A stretch of 25,168 nt of DNA from IMG/VR virus record IMGVR_UViG_3300025736_000182, positions 1-25,168 of that record, one strand, 5' to 3'. This document shows positions 14,099 through 24,009 of this stretch, in pieces. The notes beneath the pieces are model-generated. The model ran no database searches, was not told the origin of the DNA, and saw only the letters and a program-made list of their open reading frames with translations. The translations under genes were made by a program, and so were the position numbers. This DNA comes from a virus. Its lineage: Duplodnaviria > Caudoviricetes. Position 1 is the stretch's first letter. The number at the start of each line of letters is the position of its first letter.

Positions 14099-16297
14099 AT
14101 GCCACGTTTGAGTCAACACCCTGAATTACTAAGAGCCGCACGAATGGCACGTGTAGGACCGGAGACTTGGCAGTCCTGGAAAGATGCCGGGATGGCCGCG
14201 CTGGATATGTTCAAGGCGATGGCGAGTAATAGTGTGGCAGGGGATTTGCTGAGGAGTGCAGGAGTCGAGATGCCCGCGCGGCAGAGTGATATGCAGTCTT
14301 TGCAAGATAATATAGTAGACTTCGGGATGCCTGGTGTGCCGGTGGGACAGATTCGTCGACTAAGCCAAACGCTGAGAAAAGGCTCTCCCGAGGCCGCCGC
14401 GCTACGCAAGGTGATGAGTGCGGAGAATAAGGCGCGAGGCGCGGCATCTGAAGGGGATTATCTAGACACTCTGCTGAGGTCGACTCCCTTCCATGGCCGC
14501 AGTTATGAGCACTACCCGGATGTCGGCGAGGTGTATAATCCTGGTATAGCGAAGCCGGGGAATGTGGGCGAGCCTCAAGGACTTTCTCTTACATATAGAG
14601 AGCCTAGTAAGTTCGTGAGAGAACACACCTCCTTTGCTAAGCGTCCAAAAAAGTATAGAAACGCGGCAAATGCACTATCGAAAAAAGCAGACCAGATTGG
14701 CGCACCTGAAGTAGTTGAGTTAGATCACCAACTCAATGCTCTGTCAAAACAGAGATCAGCACTTCGTATGGAACTCAATAAAGACTCAGCCACTACTTTC
14801 GGAGGAGAGAGTTCAGAGGAGTTAAATAAACTAGATGCTAAGATAGATAATCTTTTAAGCACACGTGATGAACTGGCTAGAAATTCCAAGGGAGCACTTC
14901 TACATAGACAAGCCACAAAGTATGCGGAGAAACAAAATGACCCTGCACCTATCTCCCGTGTATTCCCACGCTTCCACGGACGCCCCTCTGAGAAGATAGT
15001 CAAAGGGTGGAAAGGCTCGGGCGATGAGAAGGTATTGCAAGACGCCTACACTTATGCACTCCAGCAGATGCCTGAGTTGTGGACAGTAGGAAGAAATTAC
15101 ACTTCTGACATAGTAAGAAATAAATTTCCCAGCTTAAGCATAGACCAAGCACCAAGAGTGGCAAATTTGGCTAATGATTTATCCACTAATCCTAACGCAG
15201 TAGAGGCATTATCCTCTGTCTTTGAACATATTAAATCTGGAACTTCTATATCTTATGAGGCTATGGGGCCGATTTTTGATATACTTCCAGTACGTTATTC
15301 TAAAGCCTTAGAGATGGCTTCAAAAGGCGAGGAGTTACCAAAGAATTTAGTTAAATCTTACCAAAGACTAGAAGATGTTTATAATCTAGTCAAGTCAGAT
15401 TTTGATACTTTACCGAAAACCTCTGCTAGACTTGCTTCATATGCTAATGTGAAAGAAATGCTCTACGGGCAAAACCGCACCACTTTCAACACACACCTCA
15501 CAGACTACATGCGCTCTAAGGGATACCGAGGTGTGCTCTACTCCCCTCAGAGATACGGAGAGTATGAATTAAGGATGCTTGATCCACGGGATGTGGTGCA
15601 GCAGGATATACGCCAGGTGGATGATCCAGCACTGGAGAGGATGTATGGTGAGAAAAGTAAGTTAAAATACCCTTATGACCATTTAGGAAAAGAGTCAAAT
15701 AAGAAATCAAAAGTTATACAAGAATGGGAACAACGCGCAGACCTAGAGGCAAACCCTGATCAGTTGCATGGTCACACTCCTTATGCACTAGGAGCAGTCT
15801 ACAAAGACATAGCTCTTGATAGACTAGAGCTACCTCCTGAGCATCTACGCAGATCCGCCGCAGAAGAAGTGAAGACCAGACTCATGGCTGAAGAACAGGC
15901 CACATTACAGGACGGGTTGAGTGTGGGCAAGCTAGGGGATGTGAGGGTGCGTAAGGACGACGTGCCTATGTTTAATACTCCTGATTCAGTAGTAAAAATG
16001 CCGGAATACCCAGCAGGAGGTAAGTTCCCTTGGGAAGAGGACGACATAGTTGAACCTTTAAACAAATCTATCTCTGCTAGTGATGCAGGACAAGAGTTCA
16101 GTGATCTTCATAATATATACGGAAATATAGAAGAGGCGGCACAACACATGGAGAAGAAGTATGGAAAACCTCCTGGATACTACGACGCCTTTATAGAGGC
16201 AGAGCAAGACGCTCCCATGTCACTATCATTTAAGACTAAGAAAAAGAAAAAAATAAACCTAAACACCTCAGATCTTAACTCAGGAATAGTTAATTAA
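14099..16297 (+). CDS. 732-aa protein with dispersed ADP-ribosyltransferase (ART-PolyVal-like) motifs; probable virion or ejected effector
   Basis: Ordered motifs 'PFHG', 'GLSLT', 'ATKYA', 'KGYRGVLY', 'GEYELRMLDP' separated by helical insertions; GAGG RBS; the ORF is certain, the function is inferred. Confidence 0.5.
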   Translation: MPRLSQHPELLRAARMARVGPETWQSWKDAGMAALDMFKAMASNSVAGDLLRSAGVEMPARQSDMQSLQDNIVDFGMPGVPVGQIRRLSQTLRKGSPEAAALRKVMSAENKARGAASEGDYLDTLLRSTPFHGRSYEHYPDVGEVYNPGIAKPGNVGEPQGLSLTYREPSKFVREHTSFAKRPKKYRNAANALSKKADQIGAPEVVELDHQLNALSKQRSALRMELNKDSATTFGGESSEELNKLDAKIDNLLSTRDELARNSKGALLHRQATKYAEKQNDPAPISRVFPRFHGRPSEKIVKGWKGSGDEKVLQDAYTYALQQMPELWTVGRNYTSDIVRNKFPSLSIDQAPRVANLANDLSTNPNAVEALSSVFEHIKSGTSISYEAMGPIFDILPVRYSKALEMASKGEELPKNLVKSYQRLEDVYNLVKSDFDTLPKTSARLASYANVKEMLYGQNRTTFNTHLTDYMRSKGYRGVLYSPQRYGEYELRMLDPRDVVQQDIRQVDDPALERMYGEKSKLKYPYDHLGKESNKKSKVIQEWEQRADLEANPDQLHGHTPYALGAVYKDIALDRLELPPEHLRRSAAEEVKTRLMAEEQATLQDGLSVGKLGDVRVRKDDVPMFNTPDSVVKMPEYPAGGKFPWEEDDIVEPLNKSISASDAGQEFSDLHNIYGNIEEAAQHMEKKYGKPPGYYDAFIEAEQDAPMSLSFKTKKKKKINLNTSDLNSGIVN

Positions 16298-16323
16298 AAA
16301 AATACCTTTAGGGAGGTAACACC

Positions 16324-16854
16324 ATGGTAGCAAAACAGGAGGCCGCGAAAGTCGCGACGAAGACAATACTAAAACCCATTATCAAGAACCCACTCACACT
16401 AGACGACATCGAGGCGGCAGGTCAGCTCATTGTCGACCAGATGCCGGACTACGTAGGAGAACTCTTGGATGAGTTAGCCAAGCAAGCCTACCTGCCAAAG
16501 TGGCAGCTCATCGGCGGCATACTCTTCGAAGCCTACAACAACGGGTATATGTCTGCCTACACCCTCGACCCAGCATGGAAAGACGGCTTTAAGCTAGAGA
16601 TGAGCGAGTGCAACTTCTGCCACCAGGAATTCATGCCAGTGCGAGTAGGCCAACTATTCTGCTGCAACGAATGCGGCCAGGGACGTACCAAATTAAGTGA
16701 AGTCAAAAAAGAGGGAAAAAAGAATGACCACACTCCTACTGTCAAATCTACTCTTAATAAGTCTACTCGCACTGATAATACTAAACCTCTACCTACTAAC
16801 AAGAGTACTAAAGCGGGCTGGACGGACCCAGACCTCAGCAAAATGGGCGAGTAG
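16324..16854 (+). CDS. Zn-finger protein (C4 treble-clef-like)
   Basis: 'CNFCHQEFMPVRVGQLFCCNECG'; GGGAGGT RBS. Confidence 0.75.
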   Translation: MVAKQEAAKVATKTILKPIIKNPLTLDDIEAAGQLIVDQMPDYVGELLDELAKQAYLPKWQLIGGILFEAYNNGYMSAYTLDPAWKDGFKLEMSECNFCHQEFMPVRVGQLFCCNECGQGRTKLSEVKKEGKKNDHTPTVKSTLNKSTRTDNTKPLPTNKSTKAGWTDPDLSKMGE

Positions 16855-17038
16855 TGAAATAGAAAAATACTCTCCCTCTGTAAAAATACACAAAGGAGAC
16901 ACAGGTCAACATGAGGAGAACTCCTCAATGGACAACATAGACAGAGATGAGTTGGAATGGGCAATGGAGAACGGTTCCCATTCATTAAACGAAGCACTTA
17001 CATTAATTAGTGAACACAAAAGGAGCGTAGGCTCATGA
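16724..17038 (+). CDS. Small protein with an N-terminal TM anchor, 104 aa (start revised to MTTLLL)
   Basis: GAGGG RBS; long Leu/Ile-rich helix followed by basic residues; ATGA overlap with the next gene. Confidence 0.65.
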   Translation: MTTLLLSNLLLISLLALIILNLYLLTRVLKRAGRTQTSAKWASSEIEKYSPSVKIHKGDTGQHEENSSMDNIDRDELEWAMENGSHSLNEALTLISEHKRSVGS

Positions 17039-18198
17039 CAGTATTACAAATAGTAAAAGCGCTGGCGGGAGAGGAGGACATCAACTGGGGCGACTCCGAC
17101 ACTACCTTCACGCGGCAGACTCGCACCGGTTCTACCACTACCATACACTACATAGATGATAAGAGCATACCGGCGAATTCCCTTGGTGGTGTTATAGATG
17201 ACCATCTCCATGTGCAGAACACGGATGTAGGGACTACCTACACCTCATTCTCCATCAATGCAAGTGCCTCCTCTCTTGTGCTTGCCTCTACTGGACTAAC
17301 AACAGACAGAACATTCACCTTTCCTAATACTCAATCTAGCCAGCCTTTAGTAGGATTAACTGACCTGGCCGCCACGGGAGTTGCCGCGATCTCCGGCGCG
17401 AAGACAGTAGGAGTGTACGACGCTGCTGGGCACTTCGCGGCGACCACTGTAGAGAGTGCTCTTGCTGAGATACAGACTAACATGGATGCAATTCCACTCT
17501 CACTGGGATACAAGAGAGGCTTCGGCTTAGGTTTCACCAACACTACCACCATTACACTAACTCAAGGTATGTGGCACCATGCAGGGACTACCACGCAGAT
17601 GATCTACTCAGCAGGTGCTCTCTCTTATAACCCTTCAGGCCTAAGTGGCACACAACTCCAGTATATCTACCTAGACGACTCCGCGATTGCGAGCGCGGGT
17701 AGTGCAATCATCACCGCGACCCAGCTCACCAACGCGACCGACGCACCAACATGGAGCAATACAAAATGCGGCTGGTATTATGGAAATGACCGCTGCATTG
17801 GGGCTATCTACATACTCGCCGGAGATATAACAGAATTCCGCATCTTCTCTGGTGGCTTCTACGGCTATCGCGTGGCGAATATCATATACACCGATGCAGC
17901 TAGTCCTACCTCAGCCACCTCCTTAGCGATGGCTACTACCGCAGATCCTACGATTAATCTAATCCCTGCATTTTGTACAAAGTGCCGACTAGCAGTACAA
18001 CACGCCACTATAGACGAGCAGATTTCATTTCTGCCCGCCGCTGGATGGGCATCTAAAGCACAATTAGTAATGACCGATGCGGCTGAGTATGAAGACGTGG
18101 AAATATTCCTGGACACAGACCAAACAGTATTATGGTTAACTGTTACATCCAGCCAAACAATCATAGGCTTACACGGCTACTATATAGGTGATTTATAA
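17035..18198 (+). CDS. Virion structural protein, fibre/appendage-like
   Basis: Thr/Ser/Ala-rich beta composition; the 'GAKTVGVYDAAGHFAATTVESALAEI' neck motif is common in phage fibres and spikes; AAGGAG RBS. Confidence 0.55.
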   Translation: MTVLQIVKALAGEEDINWGDSDTTFTRQTRTGSTTTIHYIDDKSIPANSLGGVIDDHLHVQNTDVGTTYTSFSINASASSLVLASTGLTTDRTFTFPNTQSSQPLVGLTDLAATGVAAISGAKTVGVYDAAGHFAATTVESALAEIQTNMDAIPLSLGYKRGFGLGFTNTTTITLTQGMWHHAGTTTQMIYSAGALSYNPSGLSGTQLQYIYLDDSAIASAGSAIITATQLTNATDAPTWSNTKCGWYYGNDRCIGAIYILAGDITEFRIFSGGFYGYRVANIIYTDAASPTSATSLAMATTADPTINLIPAFCTKCRLAVQHATIDEQISFLPAAGWASKAQLVMTDAAEYEDVEIFLDTDQTVLWLTVTSSQTIIGLHGYYIGDL

Positions 18199-19991
18199 TG
18201 GTAGACAAGAAAGAGAACATGGATGAGTCCCAGATAGAGATTCACGCCAAGCAGGAAGTACTCAAGAAGGACCAACAGCGTGATGAGGAGAGGAAGTATG
18301 TCAACAAACTACTCAACATCTTCATCGAGGCCGCGCAGTTCAAGCAGAAATTCTCCCAGAATTGGTCCACTTATGTAGACTTCTTGCGGGGGAAGCACTG
18401 GCCAGCCCGCCGTCCGTCTTATAAAGTAGACGCAGTGATGAACATCATCCTGGAGAACATAGAGAGAAAAGATGCACTCTTGACTGACTCCAAGCCTATA
18501 CCTAATGTAGTCGCGAGGAGTGACCGCTATCAAGACACAGCAGACATCCTCAATATATTATTGCAGAAGACCTTTGAGTCCTCCTCCTTCAATCAGGCTA
18601 TGGTTGATATGGTTCATAATAGTCAGACCTTTGGGAGTGGTGGCGTTGGCACAGTATATAATCTAGACACATTCACCCGGCGGGGAGAGAATGAAGTAGT
18701 ATCCTATGACCCACGCGCTTATTACTTCGACCCACTCGTGCGGCGGCCATACTTGATGCACGAAGGTGAGTATGTTATAATAGAGGATATTTGGTCCCTC
18801 GCTAAGGCGAAAGATATGTACCCAAAGAGTGCAGACTCTATCACTGCAGACTCATCCCTCTCTCAATATAGTGTAGACAACAAAGACGGCTTTTTCAGCA
18901 GAGTCCGCAATGTAGTAGGCAGTAAGAAAGGAGAAGAGTTCAAGACTTCCGAGATACCTAGAGTATATGTGCGGGAATTCTGGCTGCGCGACCGGCAGAA
19001 ATCCGGCAGTAAGTATGTCTTCGAAAATGCGGCCCGGAAGTCTGTACTCATTAATAATATCCTGGTGGACGATGGGCCGAATCCTTACAATGACGGCTTA
19101 TACCCTCTCGATATAATGAACTGGCATAGGGATTTCCACTCCTGCTTCGGCTGGGGTGATGTTGAACTATTGCAGAGTCCGCAATTACTCATCAATAAAA
19201 TACTAGCGACAGTAGTCGAGAACATTAACCTCACTTCCAATGCAATATGGATTGGTGATGTAGATGCCTTGAGCAAGGAAGAGTGGATGAGGTTGAACAA
19301 CGCGCCTGGGTCTTATGTAAAGAAGAAACCCGACAGGGAACTGAGAAGAGAGAGTGGTGTGCCCTTGCCATCTTATGTATTGCAAACCTTAGGTGCTATA
19401 AAGCAAGGCGCAGATGAAGTCACCGGCATGGTGGATACTATGCGAGGGGACAGAACAGGGCAAGTTTCCTCTGGTGTGGGTATAGAAGGATTGCAGATGA
19501 TGGCACAGTCTCTTATTAGACTAAGAGCACGTGATCTGGAGAATGTGCAAGACAGAATAGGCCGCAAACTCATCAGCAGGATCTTTCAGTTCACCCCACC
19601 AGAGGAAATCCTGGAGGTAGTAAAAAACTCAAAAGATCTCGACGATCAGTCCTTAGAGGCCATAGAGAGTGAGTTACTAAAGCCAATAGCACAAAGAAAG
19701 AAAGGAGCCTGGACAGAACTCGCATTTAATATCGAACCTGGGTCCAGTCTTGGACTGGCAAAACAGCAGAAACATATGCAGAGTCTCCAACTACGCAAAA
19801 TGGAAGTCATAGACGATATGGCACTCCTGGACGACTTAGAATATCCACATAGGACCCAAGTGCTGAAGAGAAAAGCCGCCGAGAATGCTGCACGGGAAAA
19901 GATGGAGATGGAGCAGAAGGATGGCGGGCAGTCTTCACAATTCCCGAATCAGGAAAATGCAAGTCCGTTAGGGCGGACTCAACCGGCTTAA
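18198..19991 (+). CDS. Portal protein (P22-like)
   Basis: 597 aa between terL and scaffold/MCP; 'DPRAYYFDP', 'GWGDVELLQSPQLLINK', 'SSGVGI..LQ', 'IEPGSSL' are typical of this portal class. Confidence 0.85.
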   Translation: MVDKKENMDESQIEIHAKQEVLKKDQQRDEERKYVNKLLNIFIEAAQFKQKFSQNWSTYVDFLRGKHWPARRPSYKVDAVMNIILENIERKDALLTDSKPIPNVVARSDRYQDTADILNILLQKTFESSSFNQAMVDMVHNSQTFGSGGVGTVYNLDTFTRRGENEVVSYDPRAYYFDPLVRRPYLMHEGEYVIIEDIWSLAKAKDMYPKSADSITADSSLSQYSVDNKDGFFSRVRNVVGSKKGEEFKTSEIPRVYVREFWLRDRQKSGSKYVFENAARKSVLINNILVDDGPNPYNDGLYPLDIMNWHRDFHSCFGWGDVELLQSPQLLINKILATVVENINLTSNAIWIGDVDALSKEEWMRLNNAPGSYVKKKPDRELRRESGVPLPSYVLQTLGAIKQGADEVTGMVDTMRGDRTGQVSSGVGIEGLQMMAQSLIRLRARDLENVQDRIGRKLISRIFQFTPPEEILEVVKNSKDLDDQSLEAIESELLKPIAQRKKGAWTELAFNIEPGSSLGLAKQQKHMQSLQLRKMEVIDDMALLDDLEYPHRTQVLKRKAAENAAREKMEMEQKDGGQSSQFPNQENASPLGRTQPA

Positions 19992-20012
19992 TGCCAACAG
20001 GAGGGTAGTAAA

Positions 20013-20411
20013 ATGAGTGTAGAAATAAAAGTAGTAAAAGAAGAAGATGAACTTTTGGATCACTGGTACTTGATAAAAAAAGTACCACTTATCAACGTAC
20101 TCCATAGAGACCTCTTAGTACTATGTCTCCAAGGCAAGGCAGTCATGCTCACCGGATGGGATGATGGGAAGAGATGCGCCGTAGGAATAGTAGAACGCCA
20201 CGGGGACAATATGTCCATTCTCGCATTGAATGCAAAGAATGGAACAAAGGCACTAATGACCGCATTCTACTCATGGGCTTATTCTCTTGGAGTCAAGCGT
20301 CTTACAATGATGAGTACCTTTAACAGAGAAGCGTATGAGAGGTTATTCTCTGTAAAACACCTCACATCTATATATGAAAAGGACTTAACAGGATGGCAAC
20401 CGGAGCAATAG
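20013..20411 (+). CDS. Small protein, possible GNAT-like fold (analogue of P22 gp14 / T7 gp13)
   Basis: 'MSILALNAKNG..ALM..FYSWAYSLGVKRLTMMS...AYERLF' resembles a degenerate GNAT; precedes a Gly-rich ejection-like gene. Confidence 0.45.
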   Translation: MSVEIKVVKEEDELLDHWYLIKKVPLINVLHRDLLVLCLQGKAVMLTGWDDGKRCAVGIVERHGDNMSILALNAKNGTKALMTAFYSWAYSLGVKRLTMMSTFNREAYERLFSVKHLTSIYEKDLTGWQPEQ

Positions 20412-21640
20412 CAGGAGCATTTATAGGAGCAATGGCTAGTGCCGCAGTGCACGGCTTTCGTGGAGGTAGTGGCAATGGTGCATTCCTGGCTATGCTGGGA
20501 GGTGCCGCTGCCGGATTTGCGGGCGGTTACGGAAGTGCTTTTCTTGGGCCTATGCTGGGTATGGGTGCAGGTTCCGGCGCTGCACTTACTGGAGAGGCTG
20601 CCGCTTATGGCGGACTAGCCGGAGGTATGGGCTTTGGGGCTGGAGGAGCTGCTGGAGCTTTGGGTGGAGCTACCTTGGGCGGACTCATGGCTGGTTCAAT
20701 GACTTCACTTATTTCCGGCTTTGGCAAAGTAGCAATGGGTGCATTTGCGGAAGACTATCCGCAGAATCCATCAGATCCCAATTTCAGCACCGCCTCTGGC
20801 GGGATGAGACGGCGGGACCCTGCCGCGATGAATGCCAATCTTAGAACTGGTACGCAGAAATGGACCGACGGTACCCGATGGACCCAGGCCGATTATGATA
20901 AGTACTTCCAGAACATGCTATTCAAGTACTCTATGACTGGCAACGCGTTAAGTAGAGTCAAACAAGGCACCGGGGAAGGAGGTATGATTACACTTGGCGA
21001 CGTGATGACCTCTCTTGATCCGGGAGAACAGTCACCGCTAGAAGGCAAGATGACCAAAGACCGCTGGGATGCTATTAGCGGTGTGTACATGGAAAACAGG
21101 ATGGGCCAATTTGCCCAAGGGAGTGGTAACTGGTCTACTGACCTGGCATTGAGTAAGGCCAAGGAAGGCTTTGAAGAAGGCTCGATGGAGGCAAATGACA
21201 AAAGCTACAGAGGCATACCTCTTGTATTCAATCCTGAAGACAGTAAGTGGTACTTGCCAGAACCTAGCAGGAATACTATTGACAAGCAAGAGGTAATACA
21301 AGGGTATGTTGACCCGGCTGTTGCTTATATGAATGAACAGAATGAACAGAATGACATGGGTAATTCTAGTATACTAGATCCAGAAAAAAGTCCAGATTCT
21401 GACTATTATTACACAGCTCCACAGACCCCTATTGACAATACACCGGAAAGCACCGACTCTCAGATGAACTATGCTAGAGGTCAGGCAAGACAGAGATCGT
21501 TTGCCGCCGCGCGTGCCTCTGAGGAGTCTAATAGATCTCAGTCTCTTATGAAAACACAAAAGTCTTTAAGCCTGCCGCGCTTTGATGAGGAGTACGGGAG
21601 TGCATCAAAGAGATTCACGCAGAAGCCTAAACCATTTTAA
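20393..21640 (+). CDS. Probable DNA-ejection / internal virion protein with a Gly/Ala-rich hydrophobic N-terminus
   Basis: About 110 residues of glycine-zipper-like sequence followed by a polar region, as in podophage pilot/ejection proteins. Confidence 0.55.
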   Translation: MATGAIAGAFIGAMASAAVHGFRGGSGNGAFLAMLGGAAAGFAGGYGSAFLGPMLGMGAGSGAALTGEAAAYGGLAGGMGFGAGGAAGALGGATLGGLMAGSMTSLISGFGKVAMGAFAEDYPQNPSDPNFSTASGGMRRRDPAAMNANLRTGTQKWTDGTRWTQADYDKYFQNMLFKYSMTGNALSRVKQGTGEGGMITLGDVMTSLDPGEQSPLEGKMTKDRWDAISGVYMENRMGQFAQGSGNWSTDLALSKAKEGFEEGSMEANDKSYRGIPLVFNPEDSKWYLPEPSRNTIDKQEVIQGYVDPAVAYMNEQNEQNDMGNSSILDPEKSPDSDYYYTAPQTPIDNTPESTDSQMNYARGQARQRSFAAARASEESNRSQSLMKTQKSLSLPRFDEEYGSASKRFTQKPKPF

Positions 21641-21661
21641 CGATTCATACAATGAATTATA
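21639..21661. promoter_or_regulatory. Palindromic operator-like site AACGATTCA-TACAA-TGAATTATA
   Basis: Intergenic copy of the five-member motif, upstream of the head genes. Confidence 0.5.
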
Positions 21662-21689
21662 AATCCTAACTACATGGAGGTGAGAAAAG

Positions 21690-22133
21690 ATGCCATTATC
21701 AGATCAGATGAGTCAGCTTAGTCAGATGCCACAGGGCGGAGATGCGGGCGGAGCGCCTATGTCGATGCAGGACCCCCAAGGCGGGCAACCGCCGCAAGGT
21801 AATATGCAAATGCCTCCACAGGGTATGCAGAGTGGAGCACAGAATGCACTGGGCGGACCGGGAGTAGACACTCCCCAGGAGCAGAAGGCAGTCCAGATGC
21901 TTATGCAGGGTGCTATGTTAATGAGACAGGCTGCCGAGGTAGACCCCAGCGTTGCGCCGATTATAGACAAGATGTTGCAGGACTCCTACTTGCAGATCAC
22001 CAAGCACTATGGATTTGAGCAAGAGGGAAAGATGGCTATGCAACAGGCGCAGATGCAGAAGTCGCGCATGAAAGCACAGGCTTTTAACAGTCCGGGCGGG
22101 CAGCAAGCACAAGGCGGGCCGCCGCTGGGCTAG
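21690..22133 (+). CDS. Gln/Met/Gly/Pro-rich low-complexity protein
   Basis: GGAGGTGA RBS; typical small gene between portal and scaffold. Confidence 0.75.
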   Translation: MPLSDQMSQLSQMPQGGDAGGAPMSMQDPQGGQPPQGNMQMPPQGMQSGAQNALGGPGVDTPQEQKAVQMLMQGAMLMRQAAEVDPSVAPIIDKMLQDSYLQITKHYGFEQEGKMAMQQAQMQKSRMKAQAFNSPGGQQAQGGPPLG

Positions 22134-22224
22134 TATATAGTATAAAAACCCTAGACCTTTGATTCCTGGACAACTCCCCGCAGAACTCAGCGAAGAGACC
22201 CGGGAACAACTGAGGAGATTTATT

Positions 22225-22965
22225 ATGACCACGGACACGCAGGAAGAGCAAAACGCGGCAAATGAGCAGGACCAGGAATCCTTTACTAACCTAGACCCGG
22301 CCTCATTGAGTCCGGAACTGCAAGAGATCTATAAATCAATGCAAGCGGGATTTACTAAGAAGACTCAGGAATTCTCCGACAGAACCAAAGAGTTCACTAC
22401 CAAAGAGCAAAAGTGGGAAGAGGAGCTGAAAACCTTTGGAGCAGTCGAGCAAGAGAACAAAAAATGGCATGAGTGGTATCAGAACTTACAAGAAGAGGAT
22501 GGCTCAGATAAAGAAGCGCAACCTGATATTACAGCAGAGCAAAGTCCTGAAATCAGAGAAGTGCTCAAGCAATTCCAAGACTCTCAGTCTTCATCGGTAA
22601 ATAACCTACAGCAAGAGATCGACGGTCTCAAAGCGGCTTTGAAAAATACGACTGATCAAACATCTCGTATGTTTAATTATCAGTCCCAACTCGGTGACCT
22701 TGAGAAAGAATACACGAATATAGATAAGCAGAAGGTTTTGGATCATGCGTTACAGACTGGACAGCCTGATTTAAAGAAGGCGTACTCTGATCTATACCAT
22801 GATGATTTGCTAGAACATGAGGTGCAGAAAAGGCTAGCTGAGGAGTTGGCCAAACAGCGCACTCAGGGTATTAGAAGTAACGCCCAGCAGATCATAGTAA
22901 AGTCCAAGAACAATGCACCTAAGTCCTTTGCTCAAGCCACTGAACAAATAGTTAACTCGTATTAA
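22225..22965 (+). CDS. Capsid scaffolding protein (start revised to MTTDTQE)
   Basis: Acidic coiled coil with 'MQAGFTKKTQE' motif, immediately upstream of the MCP; GAGGAG RBS. Confidence 0.8.
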   Translation: MTTDTQEEQNAANEQDQESFTNLDPASLSPELQEIYKSMQAGFTKKTQEFSDRTKEFTTKEQKWEEELKTFGAVEQENKKWHEWYQNLQEEDGSDKEAQPDITAEQSPEIREVLKQFQDSQSSSVNNLQQEIDGLKAALKNTTDQTSRMFNYQSQLGDLEKEYTNIDKQKVLDHALQTGQPDLKKAYSDLYHDDLLEHEVQKRLAEELAKQRTQGIRSNAQQIIVKSKNNAPKSFAQATEQIVNSY

Positions 22966-22979
22966 ACAGGAGTTATAAA

Positions 22980-23900
22980 ATGGCTTTAACTTATGACGAA
23001 TTAGATGCACATGTAAGGGATAAGTATATTCCCGTACTGCAAGACCAGTATTACAAGGCGACACCACTGACCGCACTCTTGATGGCAAAGAGTAAGGTGG
23101 TATACGATTCAGGTAAGCAGATCGACCAGCCAGTACTCTATGGTGAGCTGCCCAGCGGGTGGTACGAAGGACTCGATACATTCAACATCGCGACCGTTGA
23201 GAATACCACACTGGCGAAGTTCGACTGGAAACAGTTCTACGTTGATGTTACTATCGACGGGACTACATTGCTGAAGATCGAGGGAAGTGAAAAGATCCTC
23301 TCCATTGTCGAGACCAAGATGGAGAATGCTTCTAAGACCTTCCAGAAACAACTCAATGAGAGTATGTACACAGATCAGGGGAGTAAAGCTCTTGAGACCA
23401 TCGGCGCGGGAATTGCTGAGACCGGTACCTACGGTGAGATCAGTAAAGACACCTACGACTGGTGGCAGGGTAAGGTGAATAGTACTGGTGGTGCTTTTTC
23501 CATGGATATGTTGCAGACTCAGTATGGAGAATGCTCAGATGGCCAGGCTCACCCTGACTTGATTATCACCACCCAGGCGATCTACAATAAGATCTGGGCA
23601 CGTGTACAGCCCGTGCAGCGCGGTAATCTCGACAACACTCCCGGTATTGCAGGTATTGGATTCACCGGGATTAATTTCAACCAAGCCACTATTGTAGTGG
23701 ATAACTACTGTCCAGAAGGGTATATCTATCTTCTGAATACAGATTTCTGGAAGATGGTCGTTCATCGGAAAAGAGATATGTACTGGACGGATAAGAAAGT
23801 TCCGCTCAACCAGGATGCAATGGTTAGACAGTTGCTCTGGGCGGGTGCGCTCTTTACCGTAGCCCCAAGATGGTCGGGGATGATAACAGGAGTAACTTAA
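22980..23900 (+). CDS. Major capsid protein (HK97 fold)
   Basis: 306 aa after the scaffold; 'AKFDWKQ', 'PDLIITTQAIY', 'IVVDNYCP', 'YLLNTDF' are characteristic of this MCP class. Confidence 0.85.
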   Translation: MALTYDELDAHVRDKYIPVLQDQYYKATPLTALLMAKSKVVYDSGKQIDQPVLYGELPSGWYEGLDTFNIATVENTTLAKFDWKQFYVDVTIDGTTLLKIEGSEKILSIVETKMENASKTFQKQLNESMYTDQGSKALETIGAGIAETGTYGEISKDTYDWWQGKVNSTGGAFSMDMLQTQYGECSDGQAHPDLIITTQAIYNKIWARVQPVQRGNLDNTPGIAGIGFTGINFNQATIVVDNYCPEGYIYLLNTDFWKMVVHRKRDMYWTDKKVPLNQDAMVRQLLWAGALFTVAPRWSGMITGVT

Positions 23901-23915
23901 TATAGTAAGATTGGT

Positions 23916-23944
23916 AGGGGTGCAGGAATCGTTCCTGCATCCTT
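23916..23944 (+). terminator. Strong hairpin after the MCP gene (attenuating terminator or mRNA-stabilising stem)
   Basis: GGGTGCAGGAA-TCG-TTCCTGCATCC; lacks a real U-tract. Confidence 0.45.
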
Positions 23945-24009
23945 AAAAACACTTCTTAGGAGGGAGCCAACCTTCCTTGGAGACAGCCTAGATCGAAAGG
24001 AGTTTTAAA

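Noticed and set aside
16724-17038. Calling the TM protein a holin or spanin
   Set aside because: No adjacent endolysin and no lipobox-bearing partner; a single TM helix is not enough
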